Positions 18,929-30,516 are shown, counted from the stretch's first letter. The stretch: DNA of 64,000 nucleotides from an uncultured bacterium (GCA_963727525.1 CAVSGO010000007.1:1920001-1984000); one strand, 5' to 3'. Notes: generated from the letters alone by a model not told the origin. Numbers and translations are program-made.

Positions 18929-19527
18929 AGATCTCGACTCGCGCGGTCCCGGCCACGGTTGCCCTGGCCCTCGCCGTCGCTCTCGCCCTGCCCGCCCTGG
19001 CCGCCAATCCAGGCTCCGTCACACTCAAGGGCGTGCCCCTGGAGCTGGCCGGTACCGGCGTCGCGATCGGCGATCCGGCGCCGAATTTCACGGCGTTGAA
19101 CGGCTCATTCGAACCCGTCTCGCTCGCAGACTTCAAGGGGAAGACCGTGCTTATCAGCGCGGTGCCGAGCCTGGACACCGAGGTCTGCACGCTGCAGACG
19201 CGCCACTTCAATCAGGCCATCGCCAAGCTGCCCGCGAGCGTGGTCGTCTTGACGATCAGCATGGATCTTCCCTTCGCGCAGCAGCAATTCTGCGGCAAGG
19301 AAGACATCACGTCGATGGTGGTGACGTCCGACTCGGCGCGGCGCGAGTTCGGCAAGGCGTACGGCGTGTATATCCCGTCGCGCGGATTGCTCGCACGGTC
19401 GGTCTTCGTGGTGGGGCCTGAGGGCGTGCTGCGGTATGCGCAGATCGTGCCCGAGCTGACACAGGAACCCGACTACGACGCGGCGCTGGCCGCCGTGCGC
19501 AAGGTGGCGAAGGCGGCTGCGCACTAA
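18925..19527 (+). CDS. tpx: Thiol peroxidase Tpx with N-terminal signal peptide
   Basis: VTLKG, VPSLDTEVC (peroxidatic Cys), ISMDLPFAQQQFCG (resolving Cys), LLARSVFV, EPDYD; AAGGAG RBS. Confidence 0.92.
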   Translation: MKISTRAVPATVALALAVALALPALAANPGSVTLKGVPLELAGTGVAIGDPAPNFTALNGSFEPVSLADFKGKTVLISAVPSLDTEVCTLQTRHFNQAIAKLPASVVVLTISMDLPFAQQQFCGKEDITSMVVTSDSARREFGKAYGVYIPSRGLLARSVFVVGPEGVLRYAQIVPELTQEPDYDAALAAVRKVAKAAAH

Positions 19528-20270
19528 TCGGATTTGTGGAGCAGACCCTCGAGCTTCGATTTCGCAGCGTCGCTCACGTTCTGCCCCGGCGCATTCTTCA
19601 GGAGAGCGCCGAGGCGTCCCTCCAGCTCGCTGTCGAGGGCCATCCCGGCGGCTTTCTGGATGAGGCGCTCCAGCACCTGCTTGCCGATCTCCGCGGACGG
19701 CGCGCCGTCGGGTGCGCCCAGGTCGGTGAGCGTGAAGGCGGGCAGGTCTTGCGAGCGAACCTCGACACCGAGCGCCGAGGCGTCGGCCGTCACCTCGCCG
19801 CCCGTGAACCGTAGCGACCGCACGATCAGCGGCGGTGAGGGCTGATCGGGCTGCGACGTGGGCTTCGCCTCGTCGAGGCGATCGCGGATGATATCGAGGT
19901 TGCGACGGCCGTCCTTGGCGATCTCGTAACGCACTGTGGCGTCGTCCACCGTCAACTCCTGCACCACGTGCGGTTCCTTGCGCAGCGTACCGGTATCGAG
20001 ATCGAGCACCAGCGTGCCCAGGGCCAGGGCATCCTGCCCGGAGAAGCCATCGGGGTTGGCGACGCGCAGGTCGTGGATGGTGACGCTGCCGTGACGGAGC
20101 TTCATCGTCACGCGGCCCACGCTCACCGACGTGCCTGTCAGGCGTGAGCCCTGCGTCTCGATGGCGCTGGCCACGATGCCGTCGAGCTGATTGCGCATGA
20201 AGAGGGCGATACCGGCCACCACGATCACGACGGCGACCACGATGACGATGACGATCCGACTCTTGCGCAT
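19524..20270 (-). CDS. AsmA-like/DUF748-type membrane-anchored protein
   Basis: N-terminal TM anchor; AIETQGSRLTGTSVSVG, LRVANPDGFS pattern; GGGAGG RBS. Confidence 0.7.
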   Translation of the reverse strand: MRKSRIVIVIVVAVVIVVAGIALFMRNQLDGIVASAIETQGSRLTGTSVSVGRVTMKLRHGSVTIHDLRVANPDGFSGQDALALGTLVLDLDTGTLRKEPHVVQELTVDDATVRYEIAKDGRRNLDIIRDRLDEAKPTSQPDQPSPPLIVRSLRFTGGEVTADASALGVEVRSQDLPAFTLTDLGAPDGAPSAEIGKQVLERLIQKAAGMALDSELEGRLGALLKNAPGQNVSDAAKSKLEGLLHKSD

Positions 20271-20372
20271 GCAAGGCCCTCCCGATTGGTGTTCTTCCGC
20301 CGCTCCCAGCCGCGGCCCCCACTCCCAAGGAAGGCGCGCCGGGGCGATCCGGCCAATCATCGCAATTCCGGA

Positions 20373-20401
20373 TTGACGGGGAGCGGATCCCGGGGCATGA
20401 T
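20373..20401 (+). promoter_or_regulatory. Putative sigma70 promoter of the Cys-rich peptide gene
   Basis: TTGACG-N17-CATGAT, about 40 bp upstream of the ATG. Confidence 0.6.
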
Positions 20402-20440
20402 CCAGGAGGTTCCCCATCTTCAATCCAGGGAGGTCGATCG

Positions 20441-20665
20441 ATGCGTAAGGGTCTTTCCATTCTCCTGCTGGTCTTCGTGTTCACGATGGGCGTGGCGATC
20501 GGGGTCGACACCCAATCGGCCCAGGCCATCGGTGGCGGCGGATTCTGCTACTGGACCTGCGGCTGCAACGGCGTGCCGATCCGCTGCTGCTTCACGCCGC
20601 TCGGCGTGATCTGCTCCCCGGACCCGAACGGGCCGGTGCAGTGCCCGCAGATCGCCGACTGCTGA
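20441..20665 (+). CDS. Small secreted cysteine-rich peptide (74 aa; 8 Cys in the mature part)
   Basis: GGGAGG RBS, signal peptide ending AQA, GC3-rich codons; mature IGGGGFCYWTCGCNGVPIRCCFTPLGVICSPDPNGPVQCPQIADC. Confidence 0.85.
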   Translation: MRKGLSILLLVFVFTMGVAIGVDTQSAQAIGGGGFCYWTCGCNGVPIRCCFTPLGVICSPDPNGPVQCPQIADC

Positions 20666-20736
20666 GCGATCTCCCACCTTGACGTTGACGCGCGCGGGCG
20701 GACCATCCGCCCTCGCCACGAGGTTGCGAACGCACG

Positions 20737-21300
20737 ATGGCGCGCAGAATCCTGAAGGGGCTGGGCTGGCTCGTCCTGGTGGCCGCCGTGGGTGCTGCGG
20801 GTCTGTTCGTGGGCACACAGGTGCGTACGCGTATCGCGCCGCGTCCGCAGACGTTTCGCGCCGAGGACGTGCTCGACCACGACCTGCCGCAGGATGGCGA
20901 TTTCCCCGACGTGACCGTGATCGATGCCGATGGTGAGCCACGTCGGTGCCGCGATCTCGTGGCTGGCGGAACCGTCGTGCTCTTCCTCGATCTCGAATGT
21001 TCCCCCTGCACCGACATGGCCCGCCGCTGGCAGGATGCTCTCGGCCGAGGCGTGATCGCGCCGGCGCAACTATGGGCCATCACCGTCTATCCCCGCGACG
21101 CCATCACGGCGTACCAGGACGACAACGGCTTCACGTTTCCCATCTACGAGGACCGCGACCAGGTCTTCCGCCACGACTACGGCGTGAAGCAGTACCCCCT
21201 GGAGGTCACCGTGGGCGCATCGGGCAAGATCCGCCGCACCACGTTCGACTCGGTCACCCCCATCGATCCCCACGCTCTCGCCGCACGCCTCGCACGCTGA
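20737..21300 (+). CDS. Membrane-anchored thioredoxin-fold redoxin (TlpA/AhpC-TSA-like)
   Basis: N-terminal TM; FPDVTVIDADG, CSPC (CXXC), FTFPIYED, YGVKQYP (cis-Pro position). Confidence 0.85.
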   Translation: MARRILKGLGWLVLVAAVGAAGLFVGTQVRTRIAPRPQTFRAEDVLDHDLPQDGDFPDVTVIDADGEPRRCRDLVAGGTVVLFLDLECSPCTDMARRWQDALGRGVIAPAQLWAITVYPRDAITAYQDDNGFTFPIYEDRDQVFRHDYGVKQYPLEVTVGASGKIRRTTFDSVTPIDPHALAARLAR

Positions 21301-21316
21301 GACCCGCCACGTCCAT

Positions 21317-21346
21317 TTGCCTCGCCGGTACCCGATCGGGTATACT
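21317..21346 (+). promoter_or_regulatory. Putative sigma70 promoter of the BNR-repeat gene
   Basis: TTGCCT-N18-TATACT. Confidence 0.5.
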
Positions 21347-21386
21347 CGTGCGTCGGCCCCGCTTCCCCCACCTGTGAGGTTGTCGC

Positions 21387-24020
21387 ATGTCGTCCCGCTG
21401 GTTCCGCCTCGCGCTGCCGCTCGTCGCTGCCGTCGTCCTCGTCGCCGTGCTCGTGCCGCGCCTGCGCGAGGCCTGGGAGCCCTGGGAACCGCCCACGTTC
21501 GAGGAGAGCGACGCGGTCTCACGCGAGCCGGGCGATGGGCTGCCACCGCGCACGCCGAACCCCTGGTTCTACACGGAGCGCGCGTATCCGCTGGGGCACA
21601 TCGACCTCGCCAACTGGCACCGTGCACAGCTCCAGGCCACGGCGCTGCGGGCCGAGGCGGCCGCCAAGGGCGACCGCACGGCCTGGGAGTTGCGCGGCCC
21701 CACCAACATCGGCGGACGCATCACCGACATTGCCGTGGATCCGCGTAGCCCCCAGGTGGCGTTCGCGGGCGCGGCCGAGGGCGGCGTGCTGCGCACGCGC
21801 GATGGCGGTCAGTCGTGGACCCCGCTCCTCGACGACCAGGCGGCCCTCTCCGTCGGCGCGGTGTGCCTCGACCCCCAGGACCCCGACGTCGTGTACGCGG
21901 GCACGGGCGAGGTGAACCCCGGCGGTGGCAGCGTGGCCTACGGTGGCGTGGGCGTGCTGCGTTCGCTCGACGGCGGCGACTCGTGGCAGCCGCTGGGTCT
22001 CGAGAACGCTGGCTCGATCGGTCGGCTGGTGGTCGACCCCACCGATAGTCAGCGCATCTTCGCGGCCGTCATGGGCCACCTCTGGCTCCCCGGCCCGGAT
22101 CGTGGCGTGTATCGCACCACCGACGGCGGCAGCACCTGGCAGCAGGTGCTGTACGTCGATGACACCACCGGCGCCGTCGATATCATCGTGCGGCCTGACG
22201 ATCCGCAGGTGATCCTTGCCGCCATGTGGCAACGCATCCGTACGCCCGAGCTCTACGACTACGGCGGCCCCGGCTGCGCGGTATGGCGCTCGGATGATGG
22301 CGGCGACACCTGGCAGATCGTGGGCGGCGGCCTGCCCACGCCGGGCACGGATTCCGGACGCATCGGGCTGACACTGTGCGCCGCGCAACCCGACCGCATG
22401 TACGCCGTGTACGCCGATCGCACCGGTTATTTTGCAGGCCTTTACCGCAGCAACGACGGCGGCGCCACCTGGACCCGCACCAGCGACGGCGCGCTGAGCA
22501 GCGTCTTCGCGAGCTACGGCTGGTGGTTCGGCAACGTGCGTTGCCACCCGACGGATCCCAACACCGTGTTCGTGCTCGGCCTCGACTTCTTCCGCACGAC
22601 CAACGGCGGCTCATCGTGGAGCGAGGTGTCGGATGGCATGCACGTCGACCATCACGCCCTCGCCTTCAGCACCGGCCTCACCCCGGTGATCTACGAGGGT
22701 AACGACGGCGGCCTCTACCGTTCGAACAACGGCGGCTCCGCGTGGGCCATGCTGCCCGACCAGCCGATCACGCAGGTCTACCGCCTCGCCCTCGACGCGC
22801 AGAACCCCGACGCGCTCTACCTCGGCGGTCAGGACATCAGCACGGTGCGCACGCTCACCGGCGCCCTCGACGACTGGAGCACCATCTTCGGCGGCGACGG
22901 CTTCCAGCCGCTGGTGCATCGGCTGAACGGCGACCGGATCTGGGCGCAGTTCCAGTACGGTTCGGTCTACTACTCGTCCAACGGGGGGCAGTCGTTCTCG
23001 TACGCTGGCAGTGGCATCAGCGGCAGCGATCGCGTCGCGTGGAACGCCCCGCACGTCCAGGACCCCACCGACACCGAACGGCGCTACTTCGGCACCAGCA
23101 GGCTCTACCGCAACAGCGGCAACACGAGCTGGACGGCGATCAGCGGCGACCTCACGGGCGGCCCGCACCACGGTCAGAGCGGCCAGGTGGACGGCACGCT
23201 CACGGCGATCGGCGTCTCGCCCATCGACGGCCAGGTGATCTGGACCGGCAGCGACGACGGCCGCGTGCACGTCACCACGAGCGGCGGCGGCACCTGGACC
23301 GACGTCTCCGCCGGCCTGCCCGATCGCTGGGTCACGAGCGTCCACAGCGATCCGTTCGTGCGCGAGACGGCCTATGTCACCGTGAGCGGGTTCCGCTGGA
23401 ACGAGCCGCTGCCCCACGTCTACCGTACCACGGACCTGGGCGCGACCTGGCAACCCATCGCCGGCAATCTGCCCGAGGCGCCGACCAACGATCTGCTCCC
23501 GTCGCCCGAGCTGGCGAACCGGCTATACGTGGCCACGGACGTGGGCGTGTACGAGACCCACGACGGCGGCACCACCTGGCAGGTGGCGGGTAGCGGCCTG
23601 CCACGCGTCGTGGTGACCGAGCTCGACTGGTCGGCGGCACGGCACGAGATCGTGGCCTCCACCTTTGGCCGCAGCGCCTGGAGCCTGCCCGTGTCGGGCG
23701 CCACGGCCGTGGGCGATGACATCGCTGTCGGCCATGGCGGTGCGCTCGGCCGCGTACTGGCGCCGTTCCCGAATCCAGCCTCCGATGGCACACGCATCCA
23801 GTGGGAGCTGGCGTCCTCCCGCCCGGTGACGGTGGACGTCATCACCGTGGCCGGGCGCCGTGTGCGCACCCTGCGGACCGATGCGGCCGCCGGCCGAGGT
23901 GGCCTCGACTGGGACGGACACGACGACGGCGGCCACCCCGTGGCGTCCGGGGTGTACCTGCTTCGCGTTTTGAGCGACGGTGAGGCGGTGGGTACCCGCA
24001 CGGTCGTTCTGCGACGTTGA
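21387..24020 (+). CDS. BNR/Asp-box (VPS10/GH74-like) beta-propeller protein with C-terminal FlgD Ig-like domain
   Basis: Many S/T-x-D/N-G-G-x-T/S-W repeats, GPTNIGGRI; C-terminal PFPNP...WDGHDDGGHPVASGVYLLR. Confidence 0.88.
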   Translation: MSSRWFRLALPLVAAVVLVAVLVPRLREAWEPWEPPTFEESDAVSREPGDGLPPRTPNPWFYTERAYPLGHIDLANWHRAQLQATALRAEAAAKGDRTAWELRGPTNIGGRITDIAVDPRSPQVAFAGAAEGGVLRTRDGGQSWTPLLDDQAALSVGAVCLDPQDPDVVYAGTGEVNPGGGSVAYGGVGVLRSLDGGDSWQPLGLENAGSIGRLVVDPTDSQRIFAAVMGHLWLPGPDRGVYRTTDGGSTWQQVLYVDDTTGAVDIIVRPDDPQVILAAMWQRIRTPELYDYGGPGCAVWRSDDGGDTWQIVGGGLPTPGTDSGRIGLTLCAAQPDRMYAVYADRTGYFAGLYRSNDGGATWTRTSDGALSSVFASYGWWFGNVRCHPTDPNTVFVLGLDFFRTTNGGSSWSEVSDGMHVDHHALAFSTGLTPVIYEGNDGGLYRSNNGGSAWAMLPDQPITQVYRLALDAQNPDALYLGGQDISTVRTLTGALDDWSTIFGGDGFQPLVHRLNGDRIWAQFQYGSVYYSSNGGQSFSYAGSGISGSDRVAWNAPHVQDPTDTERRYFGTSRLYRNSGNTSWTAISGDLTGGPHHGQSGQVDGTLTAIGVSPIDGQVIWTGSDDGRVHVTTSGGGTWTDVSAGLPDRWVTSVHSDPFVRETAYVTVSGFRWNEPLPHVYRTTDLGATWQPIAGNLPEAPTNDLLPSPELANRLYVATDVGVYETHDGGTTWQVAGSGLPRVVVTELDWSAARHEIVASTFGRSAWSLPVSGATAVGDDIAVGHGGALGRVLAPFPNPASDGTRIQWELASSRPVTVDVITVAGRRVRTLRTDAAAGRGGLDWDGHDDGGHPVASGVYLLRVLSDGEAVGTRTVVLRR

Positions 24021-24166
24021 GGCCCATGAAGACCATTTTCATCATGAGTTTTCTCTTTAATTTCGGTAGTTAAATATCCTAAAATGGCGATCACCCACGA
24101 GCGTTGCGCGGGCGTCCCGCCGGAGTCCGCGCGCGTTCCTGACCACCAGCCCCAAGGAGATGTCTC

Positions 24167-25153
24167 ATGCTCAGACGTAGGCTGCTGACGATGGGTCTGC
24201 TCATGCTCGCCGGATTGCTGCTATTCCCGGCTTCGGGTATGGCCAAGGACCGACTGGCGTTTTCCGGTGGCCCGGAGGGAGGAACGTTCCAGTACTTCTC
24301 CAACGGCATCGCGATCTACCTGTCGAAGAACGTGCCGAATCTCGAGGTCTCCAACATGGCATCGGCAGGTTCGCTGGAGAATCTGCGTCGCGTGAATTCG
24401 GGCGAGGCCGATTTCGGCATCGTCTACTCGGGCGACACCTTCCTGGGCCGCAATGGTCGGCTGACCAAGGACGACAACAAGTACGAGAATGTGCTCGCGA
24501 TGGCGTATCTCTACGGCGCGCCCGCGCACCTCGTCGTGCTCGAGGGAAGCGGCATCAATTCCGTGGCCGACCTCGCGGGCAAGCGCGTGGCCGTTGGCGG
24601 CGCCGGCTCCGGCGCGGCGAGCGCTGCGCAGCGCTACTTCGAGGCGCTCGGGCTCTGGGACAAGATGAAGATCGAGTTCCTGGGCTATGACAAGGCTGCC
24701 GACGCGATCGGCGACGGCCTCATCGACGCGTTCTGGGTCTTTGCCGGCTATCCCATGGCGGCGGTCATCCAAGCGGCGGCGAGCAACAAGATCAAGTTGC
24801 TGTCGCTCGTGGACGAGGGGCAGAAGGCTGGATTCTTCGACAAGTACCCCTTCTACACCAAACTCACGATCCCCGCCGGCACGTACAGCGGCGTCGACTA
24901 TCCCGTCGACTCGTTCCAGGACTCCGCCCTCTGGGTCGCGGGCAAGCACGTGAGCGCCGATCACGTGAAGGCCGCCCTGGAAAACGTGTTCTCCAAGGAA
25001 GGCATGGCCTACATGGTCAAGGTCAAGAGCACGGCGAAGGCCATGAGCATCAAGGGCGCACTGACCGGTATCGTCACGCCGCTGCATCCGGGCGCCGAGG
25101 CGTTCTGGAAGGCGCAGGGCCTCACGATCACACCGCAGCAGGCGGCCCCCTGA
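24167..25153 (+). CDS. TAXI-family TRAP transporter substrate-binding protein
   Basis: Signal peptide; GGPEGGTF, SAGSLENL, GKRVAVGGAGSG, TIPAGTY, PLHPGA. Confidence 0.93.
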   Translation: MLRRRLLTMGLLMLAGLLLFPASGMAKDRLAFSGGPEGGTFQYFSNGIAIYLSKNVPNLEVSNMASAGSLENLRRVNSGEADFGIVYSGDTFLGRNGRLTKDDNKYENVLAMAYLYGAPAHLVVLEGSGINSVADLAGKRVAVGGAGSGAASAAQRYFEALGLWDKMKIEFLGYDKAADAIGDGLIDAFWVFAGYPMAAVIQAAASNKIKLLSLVDEGQKAGFFDKYPFYTKLTIPAGTYSGVDYPVDSFQDSALWVAGKHVSADHVKAALENVFSKEGMAYMVKVKSTAKAMSIKGALTGIVTPLHPGAEAFWKAQGLTITPQQAAP

Positions 25154-25168
25154 TCCTCGTCTCATCCT

Positions 25169-25199
25169 CCAGGAGCGGGGCAGTCCGTCCTGCTCCTGG
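25169..25199 (+). terminator. Intercistronic stem-loop after the binding-protein gene (mRNA stabiliser or partial terminator)
   Basis: CCAGGAGCGGGG-CAGTCCG-TCCTGCTCCTGG. Confidence 0.5.
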
Positions 25200-25228
25200 C
25201 ACCCCCGAAGCATCGCCCGGGAGACACC

Positions 25229-27661
25229 ATGGCCGAGTCCGATCCCAACGCCCCCGATCTGGCTGACGTCCAGGACAAGCAGAAGCTCGAGAAGCTGATG
25301 GAGCAGGACGCGAAGACGGCCCGCAGTCCGAGCAGCTTGTGGCGGTATCTGATCGCCGCGCTCGGTGGCTTCATGGTGATCTTCTACTTCTACGCCGCGG
25401 GCGTGGCGTCGGTGGCCACGCAGTACCATCGCGGCGTCTACGTGTTCATCACGTACGTGCTGGTCTTCCTGATGTACCCCGTGGGGCGTGGCTGGCTGCG
25501 CTACCCGCTGAGCCTGTTCCTCGGCGCCGTGATCGCCTGCACGGTGGCCGTGCTCACCGCATTTCCCGACGTGGACGCCTTCCACGCGCGTCTGATGGAG
25601 GTCGGCGAGCAGTGGTCGTCGAGCGGCCCTGGCGCGGGCATCGGCAGCGCGATGGGGCTCTGGTGGCTCGGTGTCCTCGCCGTGGTCCTGGCAGCCGGCA
25701 TCCTCCTGGGCGATCGCCGGCTGCAGGCGCGGTCGCCCCACAACCCGGACCTCTCGGACACCCTCCTCGCCCTCGTCGCGGCCGCGGTCGTGATCTACTG
25801 GATCAAGGAATTCGAGAATCTCAACTACCGCGCGGGTGCCGAGAACAATCTCGATGCGCTCGTGAGCATCGTGGGCATCGTGCTCAGCCTCGAGGTGTGC
25901 CGGCGCGTGCTCGGCTGGGCAATGGCGCTGATCGGCATCAGCATGCTGTGCTACGCCTACTTCGGACCTTATCTGCCGGACATCATCGCACACCGCGGCT
26001 TCGGGATCGAGCGCCTCTGCACGGCGTTGTACCTGACGACCAACGGCGTCTTCGGCGTCATGGCCAACGTGCTCGCCACCTACGTCATCCTGTTCATCTT
26101 CTTCGGCGCCTTCCTGCAGCGCTCGGGCGCCGGACGCTTCTTCATCGATCTGCCGATGGCGCTCGCCGGGCGCAGCACCGGCGGCCCGGCTAAGGTGGCC
26201 GTCATGGCCTCGGCCCTCTTCGGCTCGGTGTCAGGCAGCGCGATCGCCAACACCGTATCCACCGGCGCCTTCACCATCCCGCTCATGAAGCGGGCCGGAT
26301 TCCGGCCGCACATCGCCGGCGCGATCGAACCGGCGGCGTCGATCGGCGGCATGTTCATGCCCCCGGTGATGGGCGCCGGCGGCTTCCTCATGGCCGAACT
26401 CACCGAGACGCCCTACTCGCACATCATGCTCATCGCGATCGGGCCGGCCCTGCTCTACTTCTTCTCGGTGTTCTGCATGATCCACTTCGAGGCGAAGAAA
26501 TACAAGATCGAGGGCATCATCGAGGCCGGGCAGCCGAGCGCCTGGCAGGTGCTCAAGGCCGACTGGTACTACTCCCTGCCGCTCGTCGTGATCACCGTAC
26601 TCATGATCATGGGGCACTCGCCGGGCTTCAGCGCGTTCTGGGCCACGCTCTCTTGCATCGCCGTGAGCTGGGTGCGCAAGGAGACGCGCATGGGACCGCG
26701 CGCGATCTGGGAAGCCATCCAGACCGGCGCCCGGAACACGCTCATCATCGGCGCCACGCTCGGCGTGATCGGCATCATCGTGGGCACCATCTCGCTCACC
26801 GGCATCGGCCTCAAGTTCTCGGACATCATCATCTCCATGGCCAACGGCAATCTGCTCGTGGCGATCTTGCTGGTGGGCCTGGCCTCGCTGGTGCTGGGCA
26901 TGGGCGTGCCGGTGACGGCAGCCTACCTTATCACCGCCGTGCTCGCCGTGCCGCCGCTCATGGAGCTGGGCGTGGTGCTCATCGCCGCGCACATGATCGT
27001 CTACTGGTTCAGCCAGGACTCCAACATCACACCGCCGGTGTGCGTGGCCGCCTACGCGGGCGCCGCCATCGCGGGCTCCGATCCCTGGAAAACCGGCTGG
27101 ACCGCGTTCAAGTTCGCCAAGCTGCTGTATGTCATGCCCGTTCTCTTCGCATTCACTCCTTCGATCCTCTTCGAGGGCCGGCCTCTCACGGCACCGCAGT
27201 TCGACGACGAGATCATGGGCGCCATGGTCACGGACGTGAAGGTGAATGCCGGCGATGCCGTCGACAAGGGCGATGTGATCGCCCTGGTCCTCGACGGTGA
27301 GCAGGTGAAGGAACTGAAAGCCAACCATGAGGGCGTCCTCAAGGACCTGACCATCAAGCGCGGCGAGTTCCTCGACAGCGGCCGCGTGATCGCCGAGATG
27401 CGCGCGAAGAAGATGATGGTCTTCTCCTCCATGTTCTCCGCCGTGCTGGGCACGATGGCGTTCTCCGCCCTCTCGATGTTCTATTTCTTGCGAAAGACGA
27501 ACGTCATCGAGTGGATCCTGCTGGCCGCCGGCACCGTGTTGCTTTACTGGCCCGGGTTCCCCACCGATGGTGCTGGACTCGTGCTCGTGGCTCTGGTCTA
27601 CTTCCTCCAGAAGACGCGTAACCGCCGTGACGCGGCGCGGGCGACCCTGGCCCCCGCGTAG
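25229..27661 (+). CDS. TRAP transporter fused 4TM/12TM permease with inserted lipoyl/biotinyl-like domain
   Basis: GGPAKVAV, GSVSGSAIAN, GAFTIPLMK, MPPVMGA, LGMGVPVT, SNITPPVCVAA. Confidence 0.93.
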   Translation: MAESDPNAPDLADVQDKQKLEKLMEQDAKTARSPSSLWRYLIAALGGFMVIFYFYAAGVASVATQYHRGVYVFITYVLVFLMYPVGRGWLRYPLSLFLGAVIACTVAVLTAFPDVDAFHARLMEVGEQWSSSGPGAGIGSAMGLWWLGVLAVVLAAGILLGDRRLQARSPHNPDLSDTLLALVAAAVVIYWIKEFENLNYRAGAENNLDALVSIVGIVLSLEVCRRVLGWAMALIGISMLCYAYFGPYLPDIIAHRGFGIERLCTALYLTTNGVFGVMANVLATYVILFIFFGAFLQRSGAGRFFIDLPMALAGRSTGGPAKVAVMASALFGSVSGSAIANTVSTGAFTIPLMKRAGFRPHIAGAIEPAASIGGMFMPPVMGAGGFLMAELTETPYSHIMLIAIGPALLYFFSVFCMIHFEAKKYKIEGIIEAGQPSAWQVLKADWYYSLPLVVITVLMIMGHSPGFSAFWATLSCIAVSWVRKETRMGPRAIWEAIQTGARNTLIIGATLGVIGIIVGTISLTGIGLKFSDIIISMANGNLLVAILLVGLASLVLGMGVPVTAAYLITAVLAVPPLMELGVVLIAAHMIVYWFSQDSNITPPVCVAAYAGAAIAGSDPWKTGWTAFKFAKLLYVMPVLFAFTPSILFEGRPLTAPQFDDEIMGAMVTDVKVNAGDAVDKGDVIALVLDGEQVKELKANHEGVLKDLTIKRGEFLDSGRVIAEMRAKKMMVFSSMFSAVLGTMAFSALSMFYFLRKTNVIEWILLAAGTVLLYWPGFPTDGAGLVLVALVYFLQKTRNRRDAARATLAPA

Positions 27662-27687
27662 GCTGCCGAGGGACGAGGAGGGCGACG

Positions 27688-28200
27688 ATGCTGCCGAAGA
27701 TCGAGCGCATTCTCTACTGCACCCAGCTGGGGCCCAACACCCCCTGCGTGTTCCGTTACGCGTACTCGCTGGCCAAGAGTTTGCCGGCCAAGATCACGGT
27801 GCTCCACGTGGTGGAAACGCTCTCGCCCAGGCAGCGGTCCATGGTCGACGGCTACGCCGGCGAGGGCGCGATCGAGCACATCGTCGACGAGCAGGAAGAG
27901 GCGCAGATGGGTCGGATCCCCCGGCGCATCGCCGCGTTCTGCACCCGCGAGATCGGCGAAGAGGACTGGACCCAGGTGGTCGACCGCATCCTCGTGGCCG
28001 AGGGCAAGGCCCCCAGGCAGATCCTCGACCACATCGCGAGCACAAGGGCCGACCTGGTCGTCATGGGCGTGCACGGCAAGCCCTCGATGCTCGAGAACAT
28101 CCTCGGCGGCACCGCCCGCTACGTCGTCCAGCACAGCCAGGTGCCCGTGCTCATGTGCCAGTGCCCCGAGGGCAAGCAAGCGACGAGCCTGGAGTTGTAG
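27688..28200 (+). CDS. Universal stress protein
   Basis: ILYCT, ITVLHVV, ADLVVMGVHG, LGGTARYVVQHSQVPVL. Confidence 0.9.
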   Translation: MLPKIERILYCTQLGPNTPCVFRYAYSLAKSLPAKITVLHVVETLSPRQRSMVDGYAGEGAIEHIVDEQEEAQMGRIPRRIAAFCTREIGEEDWTQVVDRILVAEGKAPRQILDHIASTRADLVVMGVHGKPSMLENILGGTARYVVQHSQVPVLMCQCPEGKQATSLEL

Positions 28201-28377
28201 CCAACCCGCCGCTGGCTGGAATTTCTGGCTCACAGACAAGAAATCTGACATAACCGACATCGTCGTGGCAACTCCGGGAACGCGCACTCCGGCAGCCGCG
28301 GTCGTGGGCCAGAAAACTCCCGTCCCCACCACCTGCAGGTATTATCTTGCCCCTCCCGAAGCCGGAAGGAGCCCGCA

Positions 28378-30516
<2,139 letters not shown>

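Noticed and set aside
24021-24166. AT-rich stretch and GC hairpin upstream of the TAXI gene as a possible riboswitch
   Set aside because: Consistent with an ordinary promoter (TAAAAT at 24080-24085); no riboswitch consensus recognised
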